From an uncultured Alphaproteobacteria bacterium (GTDB taxonomy: Bacteria; Pseudomonadota; Alphaproteobacteria; RF32; CAG-239), in the NCBI GenBank assembly GCA_944392205.1, contig CALXVV010000039.1, positions 2,368 to 66,367 of the forward strand: DNA of 64,000 nucleotides. The letters are read 5' to 3'. The notes beneath the pieces are model-generated. The model did no database searches, was not told the DNA's origin, and saw only the letters and a program-made list of their open reading frames with translations. The position numbers and the translations under genes are program-made. Shown here in pieces: positions 1-10,085 of the stretch (position 1 is the first letter of the stretch; each line of letters opens with the position of its first letter).

Positions 1-365
1 CCTTGGTGCACTCTCAATGTTTCGGCTATTTGGTGCTCAATGGTGTGCAGCGGGTTTAGTGATGACATCGGCTCTTGAAAAATAAAACCTATTTTGCCAC
101 CTCTGAATTCTCTTAAATTAGGATTATCTAACAGCTCTACCCCTTTGAATTTTATGGAAGAATCTTTGCCGTGATAAGCCTGCGGGTATGGCAGCAGGCC
201 CAAAATGGAAAGCGCTGTCAAGCTCTTGCCGGAGCCAGATTCTCCTACTATTCCCAAAATCTCTCCGGCCTCGAGCTTAAAAGATATTCCCTTTACGGCG
301 CAGAAATCTTTTTGCCCGCTACCATGAAAACAAACACTTAGATCTTTTACTTCAAGTAGGCTCAT
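1..365 (-). CDS. yejF: ABC transporter ATP-binding protein, YejF-like; N-terminal part only (gene runs off left edge)
   Basis: Own translation of minus strand from ATG at 365-363: MSLLEVKDLSVCFHGSGQKDFCAVKGISFKLEAGEILGIVGESGSGKS (Walker A). Start overlaps yejE stop (TAATG). Absent from ORF track because truncated. Confidence 0.8.
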   Translation of the reverse strand, partial: MSLLEVKDLSVCFHGSGQKDFCAVKGISFKLEAGEILGIVGESGSGKSLTALSILGLLPYPQAYHGKDSSIKFKGVELLDNPNLREFRGGKIGFIFQEPMSSLNPLHTIEHQIAETLRVHQ

Positions 366-1399
366 TAGCCGTTCCTCCGGCTGTCAAAGGCGTCTCTCAC
401 CCCTTCTCCGATGAAGATTAGCATTGTCAGCAAACCAGATAAGACCACAAATATCGATATTCCTATCCAGGGGGCTTGGAGATTGTCTTTGCCCTGGCGC
501 ACCAAGTCTCCCAAGGACGGGTATTCATGCGGCAGGCCAAGTCCTAAAAAGTCAAGCGCTGTCAGGGCCACAATTGCCTCAGATAAAATAAACGGGATAA
601 ATGTAATGCTGGCAACAAGCGCGTTGGGCAATATGTGTCTGAATATTATGCGAGAATCACTCACGCCTAAAGCTTTTGCCGCTTTGACAAATTCAAAATT
701 GCGGGTGCGCAAAAATTCAGCCCTCACAACTCCGGTTAGGCTCATCCAAGTGAACGCCAGCATTATTATCAGCAAACTCCAAAAAGTGGGCGTAAAAATA
801 CTGGCAATGATAATCAGTACAAACAGTTGCGGCAAGGATTCCCATATTTCCAGCAACCGCTGAAAAATTATATCGACTTTGCCGCCAAAGTATCCCTGAA
901 CGGCACCGCTTGCAATGCCTAGTACCGAGCTTATTGCCGTTAGCAAAAAGGCAAACACAATTGATAGACGCAGGCCATAGATAATGCGAACCAAGATATC
1001 TCTGCCCTCGTCATCGGTGCCAAGCCAATGCTCTTTGCTTGGAGCTGAAGGTGTGGGCGTATCTAAATCATAATCTACCGTGTTGAATGAATATGGCAGC
1101 AAGGGAAAGAGCATCCAGCCGTTGTCTTCAATGTTCTTTCTGATATATGGATCTCTATAATCCGTTGCTGTTGGAAAATCTCCGCCAAAGGTTTGCTCTG
1201 TATAGCTCTTAATAATCGGGAAATATAGTTTATTCTTGTAGCTCACCAGAAGTGGTTGGTCATTGGCTATTACTTCTGCAAACAACGTAAAAATAAAGAT
1301 GCCCAAAAATAAAACCAGGGACCAAAAAGCACGCTTGTTTCTGCAAAAAGCCTGCCAGCGGCGTTGCAAGAGGGATTGTGAAGCCTGCGTTCTTTTCAC
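365..1399 (-). CDS. yejE: Peptide/microcin-type ABC transporter permease (YejE/OppC-like)
   Basis: 344 aa, multi-TM, long loop after TM1, HWLGTDDEGRDILVRIIYG motif; translationally coupled to downstream ATPase. Confidence 0.85.
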   Translation of the reverse strand: MKRTQASQSLLQRRWQAFCRNKRAFWSLVLFLGIFIFTLFAEVIANDQPLLVSYKNKLYFPIIKSYTEQTFGGDFPTATDYRDPYIRKNIEDNGWMLFPLLPYSFNTVDYDLDTPTPSAPSKEHWLGTDDEGRDILVRIIYGLRLSIVFAFLLTAISSVLGIASGAVQGYFGGKVDIIFQRLLEIWESLPQLFVLIIIASIFTPTFWSLLIIMLAFTWMSLTGVVRAEFLRTRNFEFVKAAKALGVSDSRIIFRHILPNALVASITFIPFILSEAIVALTALDFLGLGLPHEYPSLGDLVRQGKDNLQAPWIGISIFVVLSGLLTMLIFIGEGVRDAFDSRRNG

Positions 1400-1408
1400 T
1401 TTTTAGCC

Positions 1409-4081
1409 TTATTTTTGAGGTTGAGAAATACTGCTTGGTTCTTCTGCCAAATCGTCTATCAAGGCCGGGGGAATAACATCTGTGCCGGAGGATTGCTCTA
1501 TTACCTTTACCTCAACGATGACTTTCTTTTGCCCATCCTCTTCAGCCGTGGCCATTTTTTCTTGTGCGGCGGCCATTTTCTTCCTGAACTCTTGTTTTAA
1601 TCTTTCCGGTTTGGGGAGCGGCTTTGATTCTGCAACTGTTGCCTTGGTGGTTGCTTTTTGCACTGTCGTCTTAGGCTGAGCTTGTTCTGGCTTTTTCTCA
1701 GGAACGGGAGCTTTTGCTTTTTCTTTTACTGTTTGTACGGGAGCTGCTTGCTGCTCTTGTTGTTGGGAAACCGTCTTCGTTTCTGCCTTCACCGGTCGCA
1801 CTTCTGGCTTTACTTTATCCTCTTTTGCAGGTTGTGTTTCTGCCTTTGTTTCTTTTGCAGTGATTTCTTCTGGCTTTTTAGTCTCCTCTTTTACAACAGG
1901 TTCATCTACTTTTACTTCCGCAGTTGTACTTGCCTCCTCTATGGGAGCTGCTGGTGGTGTCACCTCTTTTTCCGGTTGCTTTGGGGCTTGAGGCTCGTTT
2001 TGAGGCTTTGTTTCGGATGTTTCCTCAAGCTTCTCCTCTGTGGCTGGGATTTCTTTTTCAATCTCTTGCAGGGTTTTCACTTCTGCTTCAGGAGCCAATT
2101 CCTCAGCCTCGGACGCTACCGGTGCGGCTTTTATCTCTTTTTCCGGCAGAATCTCTGGTGTATCCGGCGATTTCTCAAGAGGAATAACCTCTTCTGCCAT
2201 GTTGTTTTCAACCTGGTGATAGGCGGCCCAAGAGGCATACCACTGTTTGAACGAGTTTTTTGCCTCTTCTATTTGCTCGTTTGACAGCTCTTGCTTCTTG
2301 GCTTCTTTGAAAAGCTGTGTCTTCAATTGGTCTGTTATTGTAAAATCTTCCAGTTCCGTGCAATCTTTCTTGTACAAATATTCTCCTAAAATACTTGGAA
2401 CTGTGCACAGGCTGTAGTCCATATCTGCTTGGTCTTTCAACGGGTCATAGATAGCCAAACCTGTCTGCTTGGTATTTTGAAGGTTTTTAAATAGGTTCTT
2501 TTCTGCTCCGGGAATGGCTGCAAATGGTGTATTTAATCCGGCAATGATTATCGTTGTATGTTCTAGCTTGCCGTTTCTTTCTAATTTTTGTATGAAGTTT
2601 TCTAACTGTCCGTATAGGCAGCTGGTTTGCTCTGCAAAGGCCTCACGTCTTTTGACCAAACTGGTGCTGGTGTCTTGCGCGCTTACCCACTCTGATACCG
2701 GCTTTATTTTGCAGAGATTATCATACATAAATAAGTGTCCGGGCATGTCTAAAACCGTAACATAAACATTGTTGCCTCGGTCAGTCGCTATATCTTGTGC
2801 AATGAGATCAAGGTTTTTGAAAGCATCATAGCTCTTTAGTTGCTTGGTTGAAAAATGCAGCGGGCTAACTTCTCTTGTGAATGCTGAAGCCAAGCCTAAT
2901 ACAGGGTCTATGCCTTTTATAAAGCCTGTACTTTCAAGCCATTCCGCCGCAAGAAGAGCTGCCTTTTGTTGTGCGCTGATATCTAAATCTTCAAAGCTTA
3001 TCGGAAGCCCCGTGCGTCTTATGCAGCGATTAACCGAAAGCCTGCTGTTTATGCTGCATAACTCTATTCCCGCCCCTTCATATACCCTGATGTTATAGTC
3101 ATCCTTGGTGAATTTATCAAAGACTTGGTTGTCTTTTAGGTATAGCTTGCCACTTCCGAGATTCTTAAGGTCCCAATAGCCGTTCATGACAACATCTGAG
3201 AGCAATAATTGCTCAGGATCTTTGTCGGTACTCGGGTTGAGGCTCGCTACTATGTTGAGGTATGGGTTGTTGTTGTGCTTTACGTAGGCATAGGGATAGT
3301 ATGTAAAATTGTTTTGTTGGTAAAAGCCTAACAGATTGTTTCGACTTTGCTTAATTGCTGAACTCTTTTGTTGTTCATTGAAGCCTGAAAGTTGGTAGTA
3401 TGACGGCGCGTTTTGTAGCGAAATTAGTACAAAATTGCGGTTGTTGGGGTGAGAACTTTCGTCTTCCAGGGAGGCTAACGTATCAAAAACCCTCGACCGT
3501 GGATTGAAGTAGGCTTCACTCATTAACCCGCCTAAGATTAACAACAAAATACCCAACAGATATGTTTGTGTTGATCTTTTGGCAAAGCTCAGAAAAATGA
3601 AAATAAACAAGGCCACTATAAGTGCAGAGGCCAAATGTGAATAGTTTGCAAGGATATCGGAGATGCCTGCAATTTGAACGTTGTTGAAGTAAGTTGCCAG
3701 AAATGAATGTGAGTCAAACAAAGCAAATTGCGCAAACATCGCCAGCAACAAAAATCCACATCCTATCCCAATCATGAGGTTTTGCAATGTTAGCGAAAAT
3801 GAAAATAAAAAGATGACAGCAAAGGAGAAAATGGCAATCCCTGCATATACCCACATTGCCTCTGTGGCAAGAGTTTGCTCTGCCGTGAATAAATTGTAGC
3901 TTCCGGCCTCGGCAAAAAGGGTAAAGTCTATGCCAATTAAAGCCGCCAGAAGCAAGCTTTTGACAAATAAATCAACCAGATACTCGCGTAGGCGTCTTCC
4001 ATTTTTTTTCTTTTCTTTTTGTTTGCGAGAAATGTTTTGTGCTGATTGCTGTCTGGGGTCATCTAAGAAAATATCTTCCAT
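1409..4081 (-). CDS. Large inner-membrane protein: N-terminal multi-TM block, central sulfatase/alkaline-phosphatase-like fold with substituted catalytic motifs, ~290-aa Pro/Glu/Lys/Ala-rich disordered C-terminal tail
   Basis: 890 aa; ~6 hydrophobic helices in first ~190 aa; NFVLISLQNAPSY, TVLDMPGHLFMYDN and YGQLENFIQKLERNGKLEHTTIIIAGLNTP line up with sulfatase-family motif order but lack ES and DHG; tail is EKEIKAAPVASEAEELAPEAEVK... low complexity. Confidence 0.6.
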   Translation of the reverse strand: MEDIFLDDPRQQSAQNISRKQKEKKKNGRRLREYLVDLFVKSLLLAALIGIDFTLFAEAGSYNLFTAEQTLATEAMWVYAGIAIFSFAVIFLFSFSLTLQNLMIGIGCGFLLLAMFAQFALFDSHSFLATYFNNVQIAGISDILANYSHLASALIVALFIFIFLSFAKRSTQTYLLGILLLILGGLMSEAYFNPRSRVFDTLASLEDESSHPNNRNFVLISLQNAPSYYQLSGFNEQQKSSAIKQSRNNLLGFYQQNNFTYYPYAYVKHNNNPYLNIVASLNPSTDKDPEQLLLSDVVMNGYWDLKNLGSGKLYLKDNQVFDKFTKDDYNIRVYEGAGIELCSINSRLSVNRCIRRTGLPISFEDLDISAQQKAALLAAEWLESTGFIKGIDPVLGLASAFTREVSPLHFSTKQLKSYDAFKNLDLIAQDIATDRGNNVYVTVLDMPGHLFMYDNLCKIKPVSEWVSAQDTSTSLVKRREAFAEQTSCLYGQLENFIQKLERNGKLEHTTIIIAGLNTPFAAIPGAEKNLFKNLQNTKQTGLAIYDPLKDQADMDYSLCTVPSILGEYLYKKDCTELEDFTITDQLKTQLFKEAKKQELSNEQIEEAKNSFKQWYASWAAYHQVENNMAEEVIPLEKSPDTPEILPEKEIKAAPVASEAEELAPEAEVKTLQEIEKEIPATEEKLEETSETKPQNEPQAPKQPEKEVTPPAAPIEEASTTAEVKVDEPVVKEETKKPEEITAKETKAETQPAKEDKVKPEVRPVKAETKTVSQQQEQQAAPVQTVKEKAKAPVPEKKPEQAQPKTTVQKATTKATVAESKPLPKPERLKQEFRKKMAAAQEKMATAEEDGQKKVIVEVKVIEQSSGTDVIPPALIDDLAEEPSSISQPQK

Positions 4082-4156
4082 AATTTAATCCGCCTTTGTT
4101 GATCTTTACATTACAGATATACAATATATAAGCATAGTTGTTCTTAATTTTAAAGC

Positions 4157-4194
4157 AAAAATCCTCAGAGTTTGCACAACTTCTGAGGATTTTT
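4157..4194. terminator. Bidirectional intrinsic terminator downstream of rpsD
   Basis: AAAA-ATCCTCAGA (4161-4169) / TCTGAGGAT (4182-4190)-TTTT, 12-nt loop. Confidence 0.7.
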
Positions 4195-4212
4195 GTAAAA
4201 TCTTGCGATTTA

Positions 4213-4824
4213 TTATCTGGAGTAGAACTCGATAACCTGGTTGGGCTCCATCTGAGATGCGTATGGAACATCATCAAGTTTCGGTACATAGGTGTATTTG
4301 GCAGTGAATTTCTTGCTGTCAACTTCCAGATAGCCGGGGAAATCACGATTGGTGGCTTCCATAGCGGCAACAGTGATTGCCAACTGTTTAGCTTTGTCTG
4401 TTGCTTCCAATACATCCCCTACTTTTACCATATAAGAAGGAATGTTTACTTTTTTGCCGTTAACGGTAACGTGACCGTGGTTTACAAATTGACGTGCGGC
4501 AAAAATAGTCGGTGCAAATTTGGCTTTGTATACCAAGTTGTCCAAACGAGACTCCAAAATACCAATCAAGTTCTCAGCAGCATCACCAGAGCGGCGGATG
4601 GCTTCTACATAGTATTTGTGGAATTGTTTTTCAGAAACGTTACCATAGTAGGTTTTCAATTTCTGTTTTGCATACAACTGAGTGCCATAGTCAGTTTGTT
4701 TTTTTCTTCTCTGACCATGTTGGCCGGGAGCATATTCTCTTTTGGCTACAGAGCTGTTCGGGTTGCCCCAAATCGGGCCATATTGGCGCTCTTTTTTCTT
4801 CTTTGCAGAAACGATACTTTTCAT
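4213..4824 (-). CDS. rpsD: 30S ribosomal protein S4
   Basis: 203 aa; [56 protein letters not shown] (S4 domain). Confidence 0.95.
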   Translation of the reverse strand: MKSIVSAKKKKERQYGPIWGNPNSSVAKREYAPGQHGQRRKKQTDYGTQLYAKQKLKTYYGNVSEKQFHKYYVEAIRRSGDAAENLIGILESRLDNLVYKAKFAPTIFAARQFVNHGHVTVNGKKVNIPSYMVKVGDVLEATDKAKQLAITVAAMEATNRDFPGYLEVDSKKFTAKYTYVPKLDDVPYASQMEPNQVIEFYSR

Positions 4825-5035
4825 CTATATTTTCCTTATTTTTTGATTTCACTTATTGTCCCGGTAGTTTTGGCTTATGCTGCCAAACGAGGCGGTTGTT
4901 CCGTCTTCATTCCCGGAAGTGCTCGCAATGTATAACATTAATTGCGATAAATCAAGTGTTTTTTTGCATAATTTTGTGGATTTTTAAAATTCTAAAGGCT
5001 AAAATACAGCAGATTTTGGTGGAAGTATTGAGCAT

Positions 5036-6790
5036 ATGTCTTATGAGCTAATGTTTCAAAATGCCGTCAAGCTCCATCAGGATGGGCAGCTTGATCAGGC
5101 AGAAAACCTTTACCGGCAAATCCTTGAGACCGTGCCGGAACAGCCGGATGTGCTCAATTTGCTGGGCCTTGTTGCCCAGGCCAAAGGAGCTCAAGACGAG
5201 GCTTGCCGCCTTTTTATGCAAGCCATCAGGGCAAAACCGACAGAGGCTCCGTTCTATTATAATTTGGCGTTTTCTTTTAAGTTGAACGGAAAACCTAAAG
5301 AGGCTTTGGAAAATTTTCGTAAGGTAACTGAACTGGCACCGGAAATTAAGGAAACTTATAACGAAATTGCCCTCCTGCTCCAACAAGAAGGAGATATGGA
5401 TGCTGCCAGAAAAAATTGGCAATATGCCATCTCGTTAGATGCATCTTTTGCCGAGGCAAAAGCTAATCTCTCCATGAGTTATCGGCAGGAAAACATTGTC
5501 AAAGCCACAGAAGAACTTGTTCGATTGGCACAAGAATTTCCCTCTGAGGCCCGAATTTTTTATTATCTTACTCAGCTCTATATTCAACGCAATCTATGGG
5601 AAAACGCTTGGCAAAGTGCCGTCAAGGCTAAGGAATTGGCACCGGCATCTGATGAAGTCAGGGTCCTTTTGGGGCAACTTTCTTGCCACGATAAACAATT
5701 TGAAAATGCCAAAATTTATTTTGCCAAGGCGGAGCTTCTTAATCCTTACAATATTGCGGCTCTGATGTCTTTGGCAGATATTTATAGTCGTGAGGGAAAT
5801 TTTGAACAGGCAGAGCCAAGATACAAAAGGGTTCTGGAGTTAGAGCCCAAAAATTTTGAGGCTCACAACAATTATGCGGAAATGCTTCAGCGTCAGGGCC
5901 GCTTGAGCGAGGCTTTAGAGGAATATAGAGCCGCCGTGATTCTTAATCCGAAAGCTGCGGAGGTGAGTAATAACTTGGCCCTTATCTTACGTGATCAAAA
6001 CGAATATGATGAGGCCTTGGGGCTTTTGTTTAACGCCCTTACCCATGCACCAAACATGGAAGAAATATCCATCAATCTTTCTGAAACACTTATCCTATTG
6101 GCCAGAAAGGACTTAAATAAGGCTCTTACAATTGCGCAAAACTGGCTTAAGAATTTTCCGGAAAATATCTTTGCCCAACAAACTTGTGCAGCCCTAAAAG
6201 GAGAAGACATTGGCAATAATAAAGTTTATAGTGAAAAGTTGTTTGACCATTTTGCTGATAATTATGAGCTGGTTATCAAGAATTTGGGCTATTCAGCTCC
6301 GGTGGCTATGGGAAGAATTGCTGGACCTCTTAAAGGTACCGTTGTGGATTTGGGCTGTGGTACGGGGCTTGTGGCGCAAGCTCTTAAAAATGATGAAAAT
6401 ATCTTCATAGGGGTCGATATCAGCCAAAAGATGCTTGATGTTGCTGCCCAAAAACATCTTTATCAATCTTTGGTTAAGTCAGATATTGTTGATTATTTGC
6501 AAAAAAATCAGAATTTTGATTGGGCGGTGATGGGAGATGTTTTGGGCTATGTTGGTGATATTTTTCAAATAATAAATTTATTAAAAAACAAAAGAATATT
6601 ACTTTCTATTGAAGCTTTAGATGAAGATAAAAACTACCAAATAATGCCTTCCGGACGCTATAAACATAATCCAAATTATGTCGAAAAACTCTTGAGAGAT
6701 AACGGATTTGAGTGTATAACTAAAGAAGAAACAATTCTGCGTTATGAAAACGGTGAACCGGTGAAGGGCTTTATCTTTATGGGAGAATGA
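5036..6790 (+). CDS. TPR-repeat protein fused to class I SAM-dependent methyltransferase
   Basis: 584 aa; ~10 TPR-like repeats in N-terminal 380 aa; C-terminal VVDLGCGTGLVAQAL (motif I) and GVDISQKMLDVA. Confidence 0.8.
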   Translation: MSYELMFQNAVKLHQDGQLDQAENLYRQILETVPEQPDVLNLLGLVAQAKGAQDEACRLFMQAIRAKPTEAPFYYNLAFSFKLNGKPKEALENFRKVTELAPEIKETYNEIALLLQQEGDMDAARKNWQYAISLDASFAEAKANLSMSYRQENIVKATEELVRLAQEFPSEARIFYYLTQLYIQRNLWENAWQSAVKAKELAPASDEVRVLLGQLSCHDKQFENAKIYFAKAELLNPYNIAALMSLADIYSREGNFEQAEPRYKRVLELEPKNFEAHNNYAEMLQRQGRLSEALEEYRAAVILNPKAAEVSNNLALILRDQNEYDEALGLLFNALTHAPNMEEISINLSETLILLARKDLNKALTIAQNWLKNFPENIFAQQTCAALKGEDIGNNKVYSEKLFDHFADNYELVIKNLGYSAPVAMGRIAGPLKGTVVDLGCGTGLVAQALKNDENIFIGVDISQKMLDVAAQKHLYQSLVKSDIVDYLQKNQNFDWAVMGDVLGYVGDIFQIINLLKNKRILLSIEALDEDKNYQIMPSGRYKHNPNYVEKLLRDNGFECITKEETILRYENGEPVKGFIFMGE

Positions 6791-7398
6791 AAATGGCTGA
6801 CCAACTTATCGATATTTATGACAGTGATATGAATTTGCTGGGAACAGCCATGAAGTCCCAGGCCTATAGCGAGGGATTGTGGCACAAAAATGTCCATGTT
6901 TGGGTATTAGATGGGGATGATGTTTGGTTTCAGTTGCGTTCTCAAAATAAGCCCTACTACCCTTCTCTCTTGGATGCTACCGTTACCGGAAGTATTGAAA
7001 CCGGAGAAACACCTAAACAGACAGCAATAAGAGAATTTGAAGAGAAACTCGGTCTCTTGGTTTCTGAATCGGAATTTGAAAAATTGTTTACTTATAAATT
7101 TGTTGAAGATGCCACCGGCTTTTTAATCAGAGCTTTTTGCCCAATCTATGTTATCAGAAAAAAGTTGAATGCTAAAGCTGTCATCTTTAATCCTGATGAG
7201 GTTGAGGCTCTTTTTAGGGCAAAACTCGATGATTTGGTTGATCTCTTTGCCGGTGATGTTAAAAACATTACATTGGTCGGCTATTCCAAAGATTCAAAAG
7301 CTCTGCAAAAACGTAAAGTTTCAGCTTCTGATTTTGCACCATACGGCGAGAATTACTATCTGAAGGTTTTGACTACCCTTGACAGGATGATTGGCTAG
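6787..7398 (+). CDS. Nudix hydrolase
   Basis: 203 aa; Nudix box GSIETGETPKQTAIREFEEKLGL; ATGA overlap with upstream gene. Confidence 0.8.
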   Translation: MKMADQLIDIYDSDMNLLGTAMKSQAYSEGLWHKNVHVWVLDGDDVWFQLRSQNKPYYPSLLDATVTGSIETGETPKQTAIREFEEKLGLLVSESEFEKLFTYKFVEDATGFLIRAFCPIYVIRKKLNAKAVIFNPDEVEALFRAKLDDLVDLFAGDVKNITLVGYSKDSKALQKRKVSASDFAPYGENYYLKVLTTLDRMIG

Positions 7399-7420
7399 TT
7401 TCTTTTGCCGTTTCTGGTAG

Positions 7421-7458
7421 AAAAAAACCGCCTCTGGTCTTCTTACAGAGGCGGTCTT
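7421..7458 (-). terminator. Intrinsic terminator for the OMP gene (also closes the Nudix gene)
   Basis: ACCGCCTCTG (7427-7436) / CAGAGGCGGT (7446-7455); A7 on plus side gives a U-run on minus strand. Confidence 0.7.
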
Positions 7459-7483
7459 ACTTTATAAAGGAGAGTCTATCCGA

Positions 7484-8056
7484 TTAGAAAGAATATTTCA
7501 AACCGGCAGTTACCTCGGCAATGTGATTCAAATCACGAGAGCCAATGTAGCCATAACGTCCGATTACACGAGCAGCCATGTGGTCTGTCAGTTGATACTG
7601 AGCACCACCACCGATACGGTAACCTACTTTGCTCTTGCTTACTTTGTCGTTATATTTCAACTCAGTGTCATAAATGGCAAGACCGGCTGTTCCGACCAAG
7701 CTGAATTTTTGAGCGCAGCCAAGAGGCATATAGCCATACATATCCAAACCATAGGCATTGAATTTGAACTTTTTGGTGCCGCCGCCCTGATCTTCTTTCA
7801 GGTGAGCTTTACGAGAACCGCCAAACTGGTAGAAAGCTTCTAAGCTGGCATATTTGCCCATCTCAACACCGGCGTTAATCTTGGCAGAGTTGAAGTTTTC
7901 TTCAGCATGCTTGGCTGCACCTTTGAGGTCCAGATTGGTGTAGGCATAGTCAACACCAACATAGGGTTTCATTTCCTTCATGCTACTCATCATCTCAGCA
8001 TTGGCTGAGGCAGCTACTAAACAGGCAACACTTGCAAGTAATAATGTTTTCTTCAT
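7484..8056 (-). CDS. Small outer-membrane beta-barrel protein (OmpW/Opa/porin-family-like)
   Basis: 190 aa; signal peptide MKKTLLLASVACLVAASANA; alternating amphipathic strands; C-terminal GLKYSF. Confidence 0.7.
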   Translation of the reverse strand: MKKTLLLASVACLVAASANAEMMSSMKEMKPYVGVDYAYTNLDLKGAAKHAEENFNSAKINAGVEMGKYASLEAFYQFGGSRKAHLKEDQGGGTKKFKFNAYGLDMYGYMPLGCAQKFSLVGTAGLAIYDTELKYNDKVSKSKVGYRIGGGAQYQLTDHMAARVIGRYGYIGSRDLNHIAEVTAGLKYSF

Positions 8057-8267
8057 TTTATAAAAACTCCATTTATAAATAGATTTTTGTTTTAAAATAA
8101 GTTGAAGTTCACGTTTTTTTGAGCACGATCCTGTGCTCTACCCGTTCTACATATACTTGCAAAATCACTTTTAAAGGGGGTGAAATCAAAAAATATAAAA
8201 ATTTTTTAAGTTTTTTTTTACGCGGTGTATGTTTTATTGGTAAAAAATATTTGAAGGAGTTGTTCTT

Positions 8268-8936
8268 ATGTCGTTTTGTTGCCCAGATAAATCTTGCTCC
8301 CTTTGTCCGAGGTTACTTGAATTTCGTGCTCAAAATGTGGCCAAATTTCCGGCTTATTACAATGGCCCTGTTCCTCCTTTTGGAAGTTTGGAGGCGGAGA
8401 TCTTAATCGTGGGCATGGCTCCCGGCTTAAATGGCGCAAACCAAACGGCCAGACCTTTTACCAATGATTATGCTGGCGATGTTCTTTACCCTATCTTGAA
8501 GGACAATGGGTTTGCCAAGGGTAATTATGGCAAACGTAAAGATGACGGTTTTGAGCTTATTAATGTGAGGGTTACTAATGCCGTGCGTTGCGTGCCGCCG
8601 CAGAATAAGGTTACCGGTGATGAGGTCAAAAATTGCGGACGCTATCTTCAGCAAGAAATAGCCTCAATGCCAAACCTCAAGCTCATCCTTACCCTGGGAG
8701 GTGTTGCTCACAATGCCGTACTCGGAATTTTGGGTTACAAAAAAGCTGCCTATAAATTTGCACATGGTGCTTTGCATTTTCTGCCAAACCACAATTTGAT
8801 GATGCTTAATTCTTATCATACATCGCGCTACAACATCAATACCGGTGTTTTAACCCCGCAGATGTTTGACCGGGTCATCAAGAAAATGAAGGAGTTATTA
8901 ATTACTGATGCCGGCAAAACCCATGAACGCCATTGA
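8268..8936 (+). CDS. Uracil-DNA glycosylase superfamily protein (family 4/5-like, Fe-S type)
   Basis: 222 aa; N-terminal Cys cluster CCPDKSCSLCP; GMAPGLNGANQTARPFTNDYAGD and HTSRYN motifs; SD AAGGAG upstream. Confidence 0.75.
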   Translation: MSFCCPDKSCSLCPRLLEFRAQNVAKFPAYYNGPVPPFGSLEAEILIVGMAPGLNGANQTARPFTNDYAGDVLYPILKDNGFAKGNYGKRKDDGFELINVRVTNAVRCVPPQNKVTGDEVKNCGRYLQQEIASMPNLKLILTLGGVAHNAVLGILGYKKAAYKFAHGALHFLPNHNLMMLNSYHTSRYNINTGVLTPQMFDRVIKKMKELLITDAGKTHERH

Positions 8937-9473
8937 CAGTAAACCTGCCGTAATCAAAGCTATGGGCGTGCCCTGCAAAGCAACCGGTATTTTGGTGTAG
9001 GCCAGTCTTTCTCTGATACCTGCAAAAATGACAATTGCCAGCGTAAAGCCCATGGCGCTTGCTAAGGCGTAGCAAACACCGGCCAGCAGCGTGTAATTTT
9101 TCTGAATTGTCAAAATAGCAATACCTAAAACTGCGCAGTTGGTGGTTATCAGCGGCAAAAATATGCCCAAAGCCTGGTATAATGCCGGAGAGACCTTCTT
9201 GATGATAATTTCCACCATTTGCACCAAGGCGGCAATTACCAAAATAAATGTGACAGTTATCATAAAGGTCAGGTTATAAGGCTGCAAAAACGTGTAATAA
9301 ATCAGAAAAGTTACAATCGTTGATAAGGTCATAACAAACATGACCGCAAAGCCCATGCCGGCTGCCGTTGATATCTTCTTGGACACACCCAAAAACGGGC
9401 AAATTCCTAAAAATTGTGACAAAACAATGTTGTTTACAAAAATTGCGGTGATGAAAATCATTAAATATGCCAT
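8898..9473 (-). CDS. rnfA: Rnf electron-transport complex subunit A
   Basis: 191 aa polytopic; IFVNNIVLSQFLGICPFLGVSKK signature. Confidence 0.9.
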   Translation of the reverse strand: MAYLMIFITAIFVNNIVLSQFLGICPFLGVSKKISTAAGMGFAVMFVMTLSTIVTFLIYYTFLQPYNLTFMITVTFILVIAALVQMVEIIIKKVSPALYQALGIFLPLITTNCAVLGIAILTIQKNYTLLAGVCYALASAMGFTLAIVIFAGIRERLAYTKIPVALQGTPIALITAGLLSMAFMGFAGISN

Positions 9474-9476
9474 ATC

Positions 9477-10085
9477 TTAAGCCCTCCGCAACTTATTAAA
9501 CAATACAATCAGCCCTGCCAAAGCCAGAAAAGCTCCCGGCGGCATAATAAACAGCAACATCGGTGTGGCATCTTCTCCGACAAGCGGGTAGTTAAACACA
9601 GAGCCATTACCCAAAATCTCCCTTACAATTCCAAGAGAGGTCAGCCCAATCGTAAAGCCTATTCCCATGCCGACACCATCTAATATTGACTGCCACAAGT
9701 TATTTTTGGAGGCAAAGGCCTCTGCCCTGCCCAAAATGATGCAGTTTACAACAATGAGCGGAATGAATATACCCAAAGCCGCGTGCAATCCCGGCAGATA
9801 TGCCGACATCAGTAAGTCAATTACGGTGACAAAAGCGGCAATAACCACAATATAAGACGGAATTCTCACCATGGGCGGAATAAAATTCTTGATTAGTGAG
9901 ATGGCTGAGTTTGATAAAATTAACACAAACAAGGTTGCCAATCCCATGCCTAACCCATTGAATGCTGAAGTGGTGACACCTAAAGTCGGGCACATGCCAA
10001 GCAGCATTACAAATGTCGGGTTTTCTTTTATTATTCCTCTGGTCAGGTTCTCATAACTTGTCTTATTCATCTTATTTACCTGCAT
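9477..10085 (-). CDS. rnfE: Rnf complex subunit E
   Basis: 202 aa; [20 protein letters not shown] signature; start may be the internal Met at 10070. Confidence 0.9.
   Translation of the reverse strand: MQVNKMNKTSYENLTRGIIKENPTFVMLLGMCPTLGVTTSAFNGLGMGLATLFVLILSNSAISLIKNFIPPMVRIPSYIVVIAAFVTVIDLLMSAYLPGLHAALGIFIPLIVVNCIILGRAEAFASKNNLWQSILDGVGMGIGFTIGLTSLGIVREILGNGSVFNYPLVGEDATPMLLFIMPPGAFLALAGLIVLFNKLRRA

Noticed and set aside
1415-2284. Several plus-strand ORFs (61-208 aa), rich in Leu/Phe/Cys, opposite the 3' part of the 890-aa gene
   Set aside because: They are antisense read-through of the low-complexity PEK-rich tail coding region. They have no RBS, an implausible composition, and are fully nested in a much longer ORF.
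4825-5035. Possible structured S4 autoregulatory leader upstream of rpsD
   Set aside because: Only short hairpins were seen (for example TTTGGC...GCCAAA). I could not support a pseudoknot like the known S4-binding leaders from sequence alone.
8119-8406. 95-aa plus-strand ORF upstream of and overlapping the UDG gene start
   Set aside because: It is in a different frame from the well-supported UDG ORF, which has a strong AAGGAG RBS at 8268. Its composition is typical of AT-rich intergenic read-through.
8898-8936. 39-bp tail-to-tail overlap of the UDG gene and rnfA with no terminator between them
   Set aside because: This is probably just compact convergent genes. I have no evidence of antisense regulation, and the UDG C-terminus could be shorter if its true stop context differs in relatives.
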